This document shows positions 32,969 to 44,012 of a stretch of DNA of 64,000 nucleotides, in pieces. The notes beneath the pieces are model-generated. The model was not told where the DNA came from, did no database searches, and saw nothing but the letters and a program-made list of their open reading frames with translations. Each line of letters opens with the position of its first letter. The first letter of the stretch is position 1. Source of the DNA: an uncultured Nitrospiraceae bacterium (GTDB lineage Bacteria; Nitrospirota; Nitrospiria; Nitrospirales; Nitrospiraceae); assembly GCA_963730935.1 (NCBI GenBank), contig CAVSTP010000004.1, forward strand, positions 448,001 through 512,000, written 5' to 3'. The translations under genes were made by a program, and so were the position numbers.

Positions 32969-33865
32969 GTGAAGCATCGCAGGGGACAGACACAAAGCCG
33001 TGCACAGCTCTCCGTCGGCAACTCCTCACGGATCGCCGAGGATCCGTCCACAAGCCGCAGCCGGCTCGACAGGACGTTCCGCCGGCTCGGGTCCCGCAAG
33101 GAGAAAGCGCTCATTACGTATCTCATGGCGGGCGATCCAAGCTTGGCGGAAACCGAGCAACTTGTCTTGGAGTTGGAAAAGGCCGGGGCCGATATCATTG
33201 AGTTGGGCGTGCCGTTTTCCGATCCGATCGCCGACGGCCCGATCATTCAGCAGGCGGCCGAACGCGCGCTTCGAAGCGGCACGACGCTGCGCGGCATCCT
33301 TTCGATGGTTGGTCGCGTACGAACCCAGTCCGACATTCCCCTTGTCCTGATGGCCTATTACAACAGCATTCATGCCTTCGGGCCTGACCGGTTCTGCCGG
33401 GAGGCCGTGGCGGCCGGCGTGGACGGTCTGATCGTTCCCGATATGCCGCCTGACGAAGCCGGGCCGCTGAAGGGGCCCGCGGCGTCCTCCGGACTTCAGT
33501 TGATCTTCCTGCTTGCTCCCACCAGCACGGCCGAGCGTCGGGCATTCGTGGCCCGACAGTCACACGGGTTCGTCTACTACGTCTCGTTGACCGGCATCAC
33601 AGGAGCGAAGCTAGGAAGGGTCTCTGAAATCGGTCGGAACGTTGAGCAGATCCGGAAAATCTCGGAGACCCCGATCGCGGTGGGATTCGGGGTCACCACG
33701 CCAGAAGATGCGGCTGAAGTCTCGGCCCTCGCCGATGGCGTCATCGTCGGAAGCGCGATTGTCAAACAAATTGCCGCCGGTCAGCAGCAGCAAGGCATGG
33801 TCGCACGCGTGTCGGGATTCGTGCAGACCTTGAAGGGCGCCATGGCGGCGCGTCCGGGTCCATAA
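32969..33865 (+). CDS. trpA: Tryptophan synthase alpha chain (start uncertain)
   Basis: ELGVPFSDPIADGP, LMAYYN, YYVSLTGITG, VGFGV, DGVIVGSA. Confidence 0.93.
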   Translation: MKHRRGQTQSRAQLSVGNSSRIAEDPSTSRSRLDRTFRRLGSRKEKALITYLMAGDPSLAETEQLVLELEKAGADIIELGVPFSDPIADGPIIQQAAERALRSGTTLRGILSMVGRVRTQSDIPLVLMAYYNSIHAFGPDRFCREAVAAGVDGLIVPDMPPDEAGPLKGPAASSGLQLIFLLAPTSTAERRAFVARQSHGFVYYVSLTGITGAKLGRVSEIGRNVEQIRKISETPIAVGFGVTTPEDAAEVSALADGVIVGSAIVKQIAAGQQQQGMVARVSGFVQTLKGAMAARPGP

Positions 33866-33877
33866 GAGTTGGAGTCC

Positions 33878-34519
33878 CTATTTCTTCGCGAGTCCTTGTG
33901 ACACCGATGCGCGGTCCTGATATTGGGGAGGCATGTAGGCGATCATCTCTTTGGCGAGGTCGTTGGCCACATCCTTCAGATTCGGACGGTAGAACATATA
34001 GCTGCTCGACTTTTCGTGGCGCGCTTTCCAAACCGTCGTGCCAGTCGTGGCATCGACGAGCCGCAAACTGAGTCCGACCCGCCCCACGTTGTCGCCTTCC
34101 TTGCGGACATACTCCCACGAGTTGACCCGAACGACCAGGAAGGAATCCACGTTCAACGCTTTTCCCAGCTTGATGGCGGACTCCTTGTCCGATTGTCCCG
34201 TCATTTCCAGGCGGGAGAAATAGAAGACCAAGGAATCGAACGCCTCCTTGGAGGCCTGGAACATATCGGTGACGCTTTCAGGCGTTACCACGCGCTCGAT
34301 CTTCGCCGTCTTCGCGAGGGCTCCTGAGAGGACGTCTTGAATGTCTTCGCGCGCGCTGTCGTATTGGCTGGCCATCGGAGGCAACACGGCGATGGCCTGC
34401 GGCCGAAACTGCTTGGCCCCTGGTCCTTCCCAGACTTCCTGCAAGCCGCCGCAGCCTGCGACCAGAAGGGGAATGCAGAAGAGAAAGGTACGAAGCCTAT
34501 GCGCGGAATGAATGAACAT
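33878..34519 (-). CDS. Lipoprotein, CsgG/LpoB/GNA1162-like fold
   Basis: Lipobox VAGC; IAVLPP, KLGKALNVD, LRLVDATTGTTVWK. Confidence 0.7.
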   Translation of the reverse strand: MFIHSAHRLRTFLFCIPLLVAGCGGLQEVWEGPGAKQFRPQAIAVLPPMASQYDSAREDIQDVLSGALAKTAKIERVVTPESVTDMFQASKEAFDSLVFYFSRLEMTGQSDKESAIKLGKALNVDSFLVVRVNSWEYVRKEGDNVGRVGLSLRLVDATTGTTVWKARHEKSSSYMFYRPNLKDVANDLAKEMIAYMPPQYQDRASVSQGLAKK

Positions 34520-34553
34520 GAAATCAGTATACCATTAGTGGTTGACGATAGGG

Positions 34554-35690
34554 CTAGAAGGTCAACGATACTGAACCGGACGCAAGCGCCCCCTTCTCGC
34601 GGAAATCATACCCGCCGCCCAAGTCGAGACGAAAAGCGAAAATTCTGATACCGAGTCCCGCTGTGGGAGTGAACGGCGTGCCGGGATCCTGCATGTTCTT
34701 GAAGGCGCCGACACGGAACGACAGAAATTCAGTCAGAATCGTCTGTTCGGCCCCCAAGCTCAGGAGCTGGCTCTTCACCCCCGGCACCACCGTCTTGTTC
34801 GATGTCACGTCGACGTCGGCCGACAGCGTCAGTGAGGAATAGGGATTAAGCGCCATGCCTCCACGTACCTGAGGCCCGAACTTAATCTTGCTGCCATCCG
34901 GCGAGTCGAATTCCGGTTGATTGAGGTCCTTGGCGACCACGCCGAACCGCAACCATGACGAGGGCCGATAGATGGCGCCGACGTCGATGCCGTACGTGGT
35001 CGAGATCGTCGCTTTTCCCAAGCTATCGGACAACTTGATGTCCTGTCCGCCCTGGAGATTCTGGGTACCGTTGTATGCCGCGCCTTGAAGAATCTTGGCA
35101 GTGAATCCGATCGAGAATGTCTTGTCGGCAAAGGCGTAGGCGTAAGAGAACGCGGCCTGCCGCACGTCCAGCGCCGGAACCGTCATCGCGCCGGTGAGGT
35201 TAACCGTAGTGCCGTTCACCGTCACTGTTACCGGAGTGCTGACGAATCCACCGCCGGTCGGTATGTCGGAAATATTGAAGCCAAACGCATGCTCGCCGAA
35301 ATGACCCTTGATATAGAGTCCGGCCGCGCCGTTGAACGAGGTATTGGCTCCAGGCTGATTGATGCGATTCGCGATGTCCTGTGCTTTGGCAATATTGGCA
35401 GACGACGTGTCGTTGGGATTAAAATTTTCAAGGTCATTGATAGCATCGGCGATGCCCAGGCGGTCGATCGCCTGGCCTCCACCGACGAGCCGGATATCGA
35501 CGGTTTGCGTCATGGCCAGGCCGGCCGGATTCCAATAAGTCGCGAGTGCATCAGTGGTCACGGCGACGCCGGCGCCGCCCATGCCCATCGCGCGGGGACC
35601 CACGATGACGAATTCCGCCGCGAACGCGTGCTTGCCCAGTGCCAGGAACACCAGCGTGATGGCGGCTCGGGAGATCGAATTCATCCGCAT
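34554..35690 (-). CDS. Outer-membrane beta-barrel of the TraF_2/PorV/FadL-like superfamily
   Basis: Signal peptide; plug motif GPRAMGMGGAGVA...YWNPAGL; alternating beta-strand pattern; terminal Phe. Confidence 0.75.
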   Translation of the reverse strand: MRMNSISRAAITLVFLALGKHAFAAEFVIVGPRAMGMGGAGVAVTTDALATYWNPAGLAMTQTVDIRLVGGGQAIDRLGIADAINDLENFNPNDTSSANIAKAQDIANRINQPGANTSFNGAAGLYIKGHFGEHAFGFNISDIPTGGGFVSTPVTVTVNGTTVNLTGAMTVPALDVRQAAFSYAYAFADKTFSIGFTAKILQGAAYNGTQNLQGGQDIKLSDSLGKATISTTYGIDVGAIYRPSSWLRFGVVAKDLNQPEFDSPDGSKIKFGPQVRGGMALNPYSSLTLSADVDVTSNKTVVPGVKSQLLSLGAEQTILTEFLSFRVGAFKNMQDPGTPFTPTAGLGIRIFAFRLDLGGGYDFREKGALASGSVSLTF

Positions 35691-35846
35691 GACTCGGCGC
35701 CCTCCGGACGAACGCCTTGCTGAGTCTATTGGATGACCCCGCGCCCGTCAAGGATTTGAGGACTGTCGGCTTTCTGAACGGCGACTGCCCCCGTCCATGT
35801 AAGGAAAAGGGATGGCCATTGAGCAAGTCGGAGCCAGTCCCGCGGA

Positions 35847-36509
35847 TTAGATGATCTGACCGTCCTGCATGTGCACGATACGGTCAGCTTGTGAGGAGAG
35901 CTTGTCATTGTGAGTCACGATCACGAACGTGGTGCCGCGACCCTTGTTCAATTCACGCAGGAGGGAGAACAGGGCCTCGCCAGTATGAGTATCCAAGTTC
36001 CCGGTCGGCTCATCCGCAAGGACCAGATCGGGTTTTTGCAGAAGCGCCCGCGCCACCGCGACCCGCTGTTGCTCGCCTCCGGACAATTCGCCCGGCTTGT
36101 GATGCAGCCGTGCGCCGAGTCCGACATCGTTCAACAGGGCAGTGGCCTCGGCCTTCACCTCATCCGGCTGCCGCCGCTGGATCAAGGCTGGCATGCAGGC
36201 ATTCTCGAGCGCCGTAAACTCCGGAAGCAGGTGATGAAACTGAAAGACGAAACCGATGCGTTTATTCCGAAATTCGGCCTGGGAGGCCTCGGAGAGTTGA
36301 AAGAGATCCTGTCCCTCAAAGTACACGGTGCCGCTGGTCGGCCGGTCGAGCAATCCCAGGATATGCAGCATGGTGCTTTTCCCGGCTCCGGACGCGCCGA
36401 CGACGGCGATCAGCTCGCCTCGGGCAATGGTGAGATCGATGCCCTTCAGCACCGGCAGGGTGTGCTCGCCCATGGGGAATGACTTATGAAGCTTGGTGAC
36501 GGTAATCAT
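35847..36509 (-). CDS. lolD: Lipoprotein-releasing ABC transporter ATPase
   Basis: [39 protein letters not shown]. Confidence 0.92.
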   Translation of the reverse strand: MITVTKLHKSFPMGEHTLPVLKGIDLTIARGELIAVVGASGAGKSTMLHILGLLDRPTSGTVYFEGQDLFQLSEASQAEFRNKRIGFVFQFHHLLPEFTALENACMPALIQRRQPDEVKAEATALLNDVGLGARLHHKPGELSGGEQQRVAVARALLQKPDLVLADEPTGNLDTHTGEALFSLLRELNKGRGTTFVIVTHNDKLSSQADRIVHMQDGQII

Positions 36510-36545
36510 GCGTCGGTGCGATGGGGTGGACGGCTGAGATTCCGG

Positions 36546-37823
36546 CTATTCATAGCGCAGCGCGGCCACCGGCTCGAGCCTTGCCGCCTGAAGCGAGGGG
36601 TAGACGGTCGCCGCAAAGCTGATGAGGATGGCCGACCCGGCCACCAACAGCACGTCTTCGGCCAGCACATGCACCGGAATCTTGGAAATGTAATACACCG
36701 TTGGATCGAAGGTCCAAAATGTTTCAATCAGCCACAGAAAGGCATAGCCCAGCGGGATCCCGATGGCCGTGCCCGACAAGCCAATGATCAGCCCGTTGAG
36801 CATGAAGATCCGGCGGATACTTCGTCTGGTCGCACCCATGGCCTTCAGGATGGCGATCTCCTTTTGCTTTTCGGTCACGATCATCGTAAGGGTGCTCACG
36901 ATATTGAAGGACGCGACGATCGTAATCAGCACCAGCAGCAAGAACATCATCGTTTTCTCGAGCTTCAGCGCGGAGAAGAGATTGCGGTTCATCTGCATCC
37001 AGTCCCTGGCGCCGTACGAAAACCCTAACGCCTGCTCAACGTGACGGGCAATCTCGCCGGCGCGGAACACGTCCGTGACCTTGATCTCGATGCCGGTGAC
37101 GCTGTTGCCCATGCCGAAAAACTTCTGGGCTTCGGCAAGGTCGATATAGGCAAGGGACGAATCGTATTCGTACATCCCGGACTGAAAAATGCCCGCGACC
37201 GCAAACGTCCTGATTTTCGGGACCATGCCCATGGCACTGATCGTGCCGGTCGGGGAAACGACGCTGATCGTATCGCCGGGAAACGCGCCGAGACGCAGCG
37301 CCAGCTCCTTGCCGAGAATGATGCCGGGTTTTTCGGATAACTGCAGCGGACCGGAGGGATCGTCGACCGGTGGCAGTTTGACCGGAATCGGCTTTCCCAA
37401 ATCCTCAAGATTTCCAGATGCCAAGTTCTTCGCGAGCGCCGTCACCTTGCCTTCCCGCAGAGGATCGACGCCGCGGAGCACGACCCCTTGGGCGCTGTTT
37501 GGTGTGGTCAACATCACCTGCTTCAGGATGAACGGCGTCGCCGCAACCACACTGGGGACCGTCTCGACCTGTCGGGCGGTCGCATCATAGTCGGTCATGC
37601 CGTCTTTCATGCGGTCCTGCACGATGATGTGTGCAGTGGTTCCTAAAATCTTGGCCTGTATGTCCTCCTTGAAGCCGGTCATGATGCCGACCGTGCCGAT
37701 CAAGGCCGCGACGCCCAAGGTGATACCGGTGACGGAGACGACGGTGTTCAGAGAGATCGTCCGGTTGCGACGCTTGGCGCGCAGGTACCGAAGGCCGACC
37801 ACAATTTCATACGGGAGTGCCAA
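36546..37823 (-). CDS. lolE: Lipoprotein-releasing ABC transporter permease (single LolC/E-type)
   Basis: GLRYLRAKR, MTGF, EKQKEIAILKAMGA, PVAALRYE; probable TTG start at 37823. Confidence 0.9.
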   Translation of the reverse strand: MALPYEIVVGLRYLRAKRRNRTISLNTVVSVTGITLGVAALIGTVGIMTGFKEDIQAKILGTTAHIIVQDRMKDGMTDYDATARQVETVPSVVAATPFILKQVMLTTPNSAQGVVLRGVDPLREGKVTALAKNLASGNLEDLGKPIPVKLPPVDDPSGPLQLSEKPGIILGKELALRLGAFPGDTISVVSPTGTISAMGMVPKIRTFAVAGIFQSGMYEYDSSLAYIDLAEAQKFFGMGNSVTGIEIKVTDVFRAGEIARHVEQALGFSYGARDWMQMNRNLFSALKLEKTMMFLLLVLITIVASFNIVSTLTMIVTEKQKEIAILKAMGATRRSIRRIFMLNGLIIGLSGTAIGIPLGYAFLWLIETFWTFDPTVYYISKIPVHVLAEDVLLVAGSAILISFAATVYPSLQAARLEPVAALRYE

Positions 37824-37827
37824 GCTG

Positions 37828-39309
37828 CTATTTCTCCGGACGCAATTGCGGGAAGAGGACGACATCGCGGATGGACGCCTGGTTCGTAAAGAGCATGATC
37901 AACCGGTCGATGCCGATGCCTTCTCCAGCTGTCGGCGGCATGCCGTATTCGAGGGCCCGGAGGAAGTCTTCATCGACCACGTGGGCTTCTTCGTTTCCGG
38001 CCTCGCGCTGCGCCGCCTGGCCCTCGAACCGCTCGCGCTGATCGAGCGGGTCATTCAACTCTGAAAAGGCATTAGCGATTTCCCGCCCAGCGATATAGAG
38101 CTCGAACCGATCGGTCAGCGCGGGATCGGCGTCTTTGCGCCTGGCCAGCGGCGAAATCTCAATCGGATAGTCCGTGATGAATGTCGGCTGCTCGAGTCGG
38201 GGCTCGACGGTTTCTTCGAAAATTTCATTCACGATGTTGAAGAGCGGCCACTTGGGATCGACAGGGACGTTCAGCTGTTTTGCCGCAGCGAGGGCCTGCT
38301 CCCGGTCCGTCAGGACCGTAGGCACCAGGCTGTTCACCTCCAGGATGGCCTGATGGTACGACCAGCGCCGCCACGACGGAGCAAGATTGATCGTTTTGCC
38401 CTGGTACTCAATGACGGTCGTGCCCAGCAGCTGCTGGGCCAATGAAGAAATCAGCTCTTCGGTCAGCCGGATCAGGTCCTGGTAGTCCGCGTAGGAGACA
38501 TAGAACTCGAGCATCGTGAATTCCGGATTGTGGATCGTGGAGATGCCTTCGTTCCTGAAGTTCCGGTTGATTTCGAAGACGCGGGGAAATCCGCCCACGA
38601 TCAGCCGCTTCAAATACAATTCGGGCGCGATACGGAGATACAGATCCACTCCGAGTGCGTTGTGATGCGTGACGAACGGCTTTGCGGCGGCGCCGCCCGG
38701 AATCGGGTGCATCATCGGCGTTTCAACTTCGAGGAAACCCCGCTCAATCAAGAACGCCCGGATACCGGTGATAATGCGGCTTCGCATCGCGAAAATGCCG
38801 TGCACGTCCGGATTGGCAATCAGATCCACGTACCGCTGGCGGTAGCGAGTCTCGACGTCGGTGAGCCCGTGCCATTTCTCGGGAAGGGGACGCAGGGCCT
38901 TGCTCAGGAAGGTCAACTCGTGCACCTCGATCGTGAACTCGTTGGTCTTGGTTCGAAACAAGGTGCCCGTCACACCGATCCAGTCTCCGAGATCGAGCTG
39001 TTCGGTCACGGTGTATGCCTGCGGGGAGAGCAAGTCCTTCTTCAAGTAGGTCTGCAGGCGTTCTGAGCCGTCCTGCAGCACGGCAAACGCCGCCTTGCCG
39101 AAGCGGCGGAGGGCCACAATACGGCCTGCGACCGTGCAGGAAATGCGCTCCTGCTCGAGTGTCTCCTTCGTCTTCTGGCCGTAGAGCCTGACGAGATCGC
39201 CGGCTCGATCCTTTGCATCGAACCGCGTGCCGTAGGGCGCAACGCCGGCCTCCCGGAGGAGGTCGAGTTTCTTGATCCGCTGCTGCCGCTGTTCGTTCGC
39301 TTCATCCAT
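37828..39309 (-). CDS. lysS: Lysine-tRNA ligase (class II)
   Basis: RYRQRYVDL, LRIAPELYLKRL, FRNEG, EYGMPPTAGEGIGIDR. Confidence 0.97.
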   Translation of the reverse strand: MDEANEQRQQRIKKLDLLREAGVAPYGTRFDAKDRAGDLVRLYGQKTKETLEQERISCTVAGRIVALRRFGKAAFAVLQDGSERLQTYLKKDLLSPQAYTVTEQLDLGDWIGVTGTLFRTKTNEFTIEVHELTFLSKALRPLPEKWHGLTDVETRYRQRYVDLIANPDVHGIFAMRSRIITGIRAFLIERGFLEVETPMMHPIPGGAAAKPFVTHHNALGVDLYLRIAPELYLKRLIVGGFPRVFEINRNFRNEGISTIHNPEFTMLEFYVSYADYQDLIRLTEELISSLAQQLLGTTVIEYQGKTINLAPSWRRWSYHQAILEVNSLVPTVLTDREQALAAAKQLNVPVDPKWPLFNIVNEIFEETVEPRLEQPTFITDYPIEISPLARRKDADPALTDRFELYIAGREIANAFSELNDPLDQRERFEGQAAQREAGNEEAHVVDEDFLRALEYGMPPTAGEGIGIDRLIMLFTNQASIRDVVLFPQLRPEK

Positions 39310-39337
39310 ACTGACGCGCCCTCGTCACACCAGGCAC

Positions 39338-40481
<1,144 letters not shown>

Positions 40482-40500
40482 GAACAGGGTCCTTTCGGTG

Positions 40501-42120
40501 TTAGACGGGAGTGGCCGCGACAGCGTCGGGTTCAGCCCCTTTGGTGCCAAAAATGCCGTACAGGCAGAACAGCAGGGAGATTAACATACAGCCGTAGGCA
40601 AAGACATCTCCGTGCCGGCTGTAAAAGGTCTTCGTCTGGCGAACCGGAATCTCAGCCTGCAAGGCTGTCTCTGTAAAGATGGGAGACGCCGCGATGATGC
40701 GTCCAAACGGATCGATGAAGCCTGAAATACCGGTGTTTGCGGCACGGGCGAACGCAAGGTGATTTTCCACCGAGCGGAAAACCACCATGGAAAAATGCTG
40801 GGCTGGTGCGGACGAATCTCCGAACCACGCGTCGTTGGTGATGGTGACGAGAAACTCGGCACCGCTGTGGGCAATACGCCGCACCAGATCGGGAAAGATG
40901 ACCTCATAACAGATGACGATGCCGAATTTTACCCGCCGGGCCGGAGCGGCGCCGTCGGACTGCTTCAGTTGAAACGAGAGGATGGTAGGGCCTGGGCCGG
41001 CCTGGAAATCGCCGATGCCTTCGACCATCTTGTCCAGGAAGAACAGCAGCGAAGATTTGAGCGGAATGTATTCGCCGAACGGCACGAGATGCTGCTTATC
41101 GTATCGGCCGAGCAGTTGGCCGTCCGGAGACAGGAGATACGCGCTATTGAGCAGAAACGGCTTGCGGTCGGCGTCGAACCGCACGGCCGGACTGCCGAAC
41201 AGGAGCGGGGCTGAAGCGCGATTCGCCAGTGCGACCAGCTGTAATTGATAGACCGGTTCGCGTTCATAGATGAACGGCGTGGCGGCTTCCGGCCACACGA
41301 TAAGATCGACACCGTATCCGAATGATTCCGTCAGGCGGTCGTAACGGCGGAACGTTTCTTCTCGAAAGGCCTGATCCCACTTGATCGCTTGGTCGATGTT
41401 CGGTTGCACGACGCCGACCTGCAGGGTGGCTTTGGGGCCTTCCATTCCCTCGCTGGCGATCAGCGATGTGCTGTACGCCCAGGACAGGCCCATCAGCATG
41501 GCGGCTGTCGTCACTAGTTCCCAGGGCAGGCGGGCGGGCCTGAATCCACGAAAGAGCGGCATGAGCCAGAGATACAACTCGGCCAAGGCCACGTTCGTCA
41601 GCACGATGAGAAAAGACACGCCGTACACGCCCAAGTGATCCGCGACTTGGATTACATCGAGCTGGCGGTATTGCGAATAACCGAGAAGCGACCAGGGGAG
41701 TCCGCTCAAGACGTACGTCCGGAGCAACTCCAGAGTGACCCAGAGACAAGGGGCCGCGAACAGCCCATATCGCGGCATGAGCATCCGGAACCAGACGACA
41801 CCTGCGCTATATATGCCGACATACAGCCCGAGGTACGCGGTGAGCAGCAGCATGATGCCGTAGCTGAAGACCAACGGTACTTTGCCGTAGGTATGCATGG
41901 CCGTAACGACCCACGACATGATGCCGGTCGAGCAGATGATTCCCGCCAGCCAGCCGAGCCAGAACGCTTGCCTGCGTCGGCTGAGCCCGTCGAGGGCGAT
42001 GTGAAGAGGAATCAGCGCGACCCAGGCAAGGAGACCCAGGTCATATTTGGGAAAGCAGTAGGGAAGAAGAATGCCCGTCGTTGCGGCGAGAAGGATCAGG
42101 CGGACGGGCCACTGACTCAT
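40501..42120 (-). CDS. lnt: Apolipoprotein N-acyltransferase
   Basis: [44 protein letters not shown]. Confidence 0.95.
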   Translation of the reverse strand: MSQWPVRLILLAATTGILLPYCFPKYDLGLLAWVALIPLHIALDGLSRRRQAFWLGWLAGIICSTGIMSWVVTAMHTYGKVPLVFSYGIMLLLTAYLGLYVGIYSAGVVWFRMLMPRYGLFAAPCLWVTLELLRTYVLSGLPWSLLGYSQYRQLDVIQVADHLGVYGVSFLIVLTNVALAELYLWLMPLFRGFRPARLPWELVTTAAMLMGLSWAYSTSLIASEGMEGPKATLQVGVVQPNIDQAIKWDQAFREETFRRYDRLTESFGYGVDLIVWPEAATPFIYEREPVYQLQLVALANRASAPLLFGSPAVRFDADRKPFLLNSAYLLSPDGQLLGRYDKQHLVPFGEYIPLKSSLLFFLDKMVEGIGDFQAGPGPTILSFQLKQSDGAAPARRVKFGIVICYEVIFPDLVRRIAHSGAEFLVTITNDAWFGDSSAPAQHFSMVVFRSVENHLAFARAANTGISGFIDPFGRIIAASPIFTETALQAEIPVRQTKTFYSRHGDVFAYGCMLISLLFCLYGIFGTKGAEPDAVAATPV

Positions 42121-42126
42121 CGCGCT

Positions 42127-42155
42127 AACTTAGCGGAAGGTGAAGGTTGTTGCAA
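42127..42155 (-). promoter_or_regulatory. Sigma70-type promoter of lnt (probably leaderless)
   Basis: TTGCAA-N17-TAAGTT ending 6 nt before the ATG. Confidence 0.5.
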
Positions 42156-42170
42156 CTCAACCCGACCGCG

Positions 42171-42512
42171 TCAAGGCGTTATGAGCGAGCTCAGCTCCTG
42201 TTGTCGATGGATCTTCACATCATCCAGTTCACCGACGGTACCGCAATCGGCTTCGTTTAGTTCCACCCCGAAATGCGCTTCGTCGGCCCAGCGAACCGTC
42301 GCCTTCTTGATGATGAGCGCATGCTTGGCGGTCGGAATCAGCAGCATCATGAGCTCCATCCCAACAGTGACCAGGTGCGTGCCCCGCAAGCAGCCACCTC
42401 GATTCGTCAGATTTTCGATCATGCCGCTGGCATGAAAATCCCCGTTGGAATAATAGACGGGGCAAGAAATGGAGCTTCGGATGTCGCGTCGCTTGTTTGA
42501 ACGAGAGGCCAT
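42171..42512 (-). CDS. Stand-alone PilZ domain protein
   Basis: RRDIR, NLTNRG, ATVRW, FGVEL. Confidence 0.8.
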   Translation of the reverse strand: MASRSNKRRDIRSSISCPVYYSNGDFHASGMIENLTNRGGCLRGTHLVTVGMELMMLLIPTAKHALIIKKATVRWADEAHFGVELNEADCGTVGELDDVKIHRQQELSSLITP

Positions 42513-42525
42513 AATGTAATCGGTT

Positions 42526-42927
42526 CTACTTTCGTGAACGCAGGAATTTCGTCGCGAATGTCAATGCCCGTGGCTCAGGCGCCGCTCCGATCACCAGGGC
42601 CGCAAGCCCTATGCCTATTGCATTGAACGCGACATCATGGATATCGACGGTGCGTCCGGGAACGAATGCCTGAAGAAATTCCATCCAGACGCCGAATACC
42701 ATCGCGGCCATGACACCGAGCCACAATGCCATCTCCTTGGACCAACCTCGGTCCTGCAAGCCGCTCGCGAGCAACCACGTCAACAGTGCATAGGCCGGCG
42801 CATGTGAGTACTCCGTGACGGGCTGAGGCAAGACAGCGAGCATAGAACCACCAATCCCCACGCCGGGCGTCGCCATCGCGCCGAAGGCTAACAGCACCAT
42901 ATAAATCGATGGACCAAACAATCCCAC
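42526..42927 (-). CDS. VanZ-family membrane protein
   Basis: HAPAYALL...MEFLQAFVPGR...DVAFNAIG. Confidence 0.8.
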   Translation of the reverse strand: MGLFGPSIYMVLLAFGAMATPGVGIGGSMLAVLPQPVTEYSHAPAYALLTWLLASGLQDRGWSKEMALWLGVMAAMVFGVWMEFLQAFVPGRTVDIHDVAFNAIGIGLAALVIGAAPEPRALTFATKFLRSRK

Positions 42928-43289
42928 AACCGCCTCCGCCCCTGATGAGGTGATTCGAAAGGTACAGGAGCACTTGGCGAGAAACTACTGGGCAATGGTA
43001 GGGGAGGGATCAACCCCGTCTCATGGACCGCCAATGATTTTGACCTGCACAGACCGCAAATATTTTTCCATCGTTGGGCGGCGCTGATCGAGAGGGGATG
43101 TTCTGAATATCATAGACTTAGCTCGATCCTGATTTTTCCGTCTCCTCGCTTTCCGGAGCCAGCCGAGTGCGGAATTGGGGCCGCGCTCTCATGCCGCCTC
43201 GATTGCCACCTTTTCGAGGGGCATGCAGAAAAGACATCATGTTGGTGATTTCTCACACCTGAAGGGGTATTCTGCGGTGGAACCGGTTC

Positions 43290-43327
43290 TCGGGAGTGCA
43301 AGCCTTAATCGGGAGTGCAAACCTTAA
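43290..43327. repeat. Tandem 19-bp direct repeat (2 copies, 1 mismatch)
   Basis: TCGGGAGTGCAAGCCTTAA followed directly by TCGGGAGTGCAAACCTTAA. Confidence 0.9.
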
Positions 43328-43352
43328 GATGAAGATGATTAGGCGAGATCGG

Positions 43353-44012
43353 ATGCGAAACACGATTCAGCTCGTCGTGACGTCGCTCTTCGCAATCTTC
43401 ACCGGCGGCGGCTGTGTCATGCAAAGCACCTATGACGCCACGCTGCAGGAAGGAATGAGGATTAGAGCGGAGCTCGCACAAGCACAAGACGAAAAGAAAG
43501 TGCTCGCCCGTCAAGTGAGCGACATGGAACTGTTGAATGCGGATGTCGTGCGTGAAGCCGAGGCCGCCGCTTCAGCCCTGCTGCAGGCAAAAGACGAAGC
43601 CGAGCAAGAACGACAACAGGCCGAGCAGCGTTTCGCACGATTACAACAGAAATCGGTTCAGGCGTCCAAACAACAACGCGCACTACAGTACGAGTTGACG
43701 GTCGCCAAGGAGAATACTGCGGCGCTGCAAGAACTCGTTGATGTCTTTCAGAGAAAAATGCGTGACGGCGCTGTGGTCGCTGCATCGTCCCCCGTTCCCG
43801 AACCGGCGGTCCGCAAGCCATTCGATCCGTCAACGATTCCCGTCCCAGAGGATCTACCGGCGGCCCCAGCAGTCTCGCCACCAAAACCGCCGCCGCCGGT
43901 ACCAGCGCCAGCCACGAGTCCCGTCAAGACTCCTCAGCCTCCGGCAGACGAAGGCTGGATCTCGAGCATCAAGAACTGGCTCGTGTCTTTATGGCATTCA
44001 GTCTTTTCCTAA
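43353..44012 (+). CDS. Coiled-coil lipoprotein with Pro-rich linker and C-terminal amphipathic helix
   Basis: GGGC lipobox-like motif; long coiled coil; Pro-rich segment; GWISSIKNWLVSLWHSVFS. Confidence 0.7.
   Translation: MRNTIQLVVTSLFAIFTGGGCVMQSTYDATLQEGMRIRAELAQAQDEKKVLARQVSDMELLNADVVREAEAAASALLQAKDEAEQERQQAEQRFARLQQKSVQASKQQRALQYELTVAKENTAALQELVDVFQRKMRDGAVVAASSPVPEPAVRKPFDPSTIPVPEDLPAAPAVSPPKPPPPVPAPATSPVKTPQPPADEGWISSIKNWLVSLWHSVFS

Noticed and set aside
34554..35690. TraF-like gene as a sign of a conjugative element
   Set aside because: No other tra genes, relaxase or integrase; it sits among housekeeping genes
43290..43327. CRISPR array or CIRCE element
   Set aside because: Only two adjacent copies with no spacer and no cas genes; the repeats are direct, whereas CIRCE is inverted
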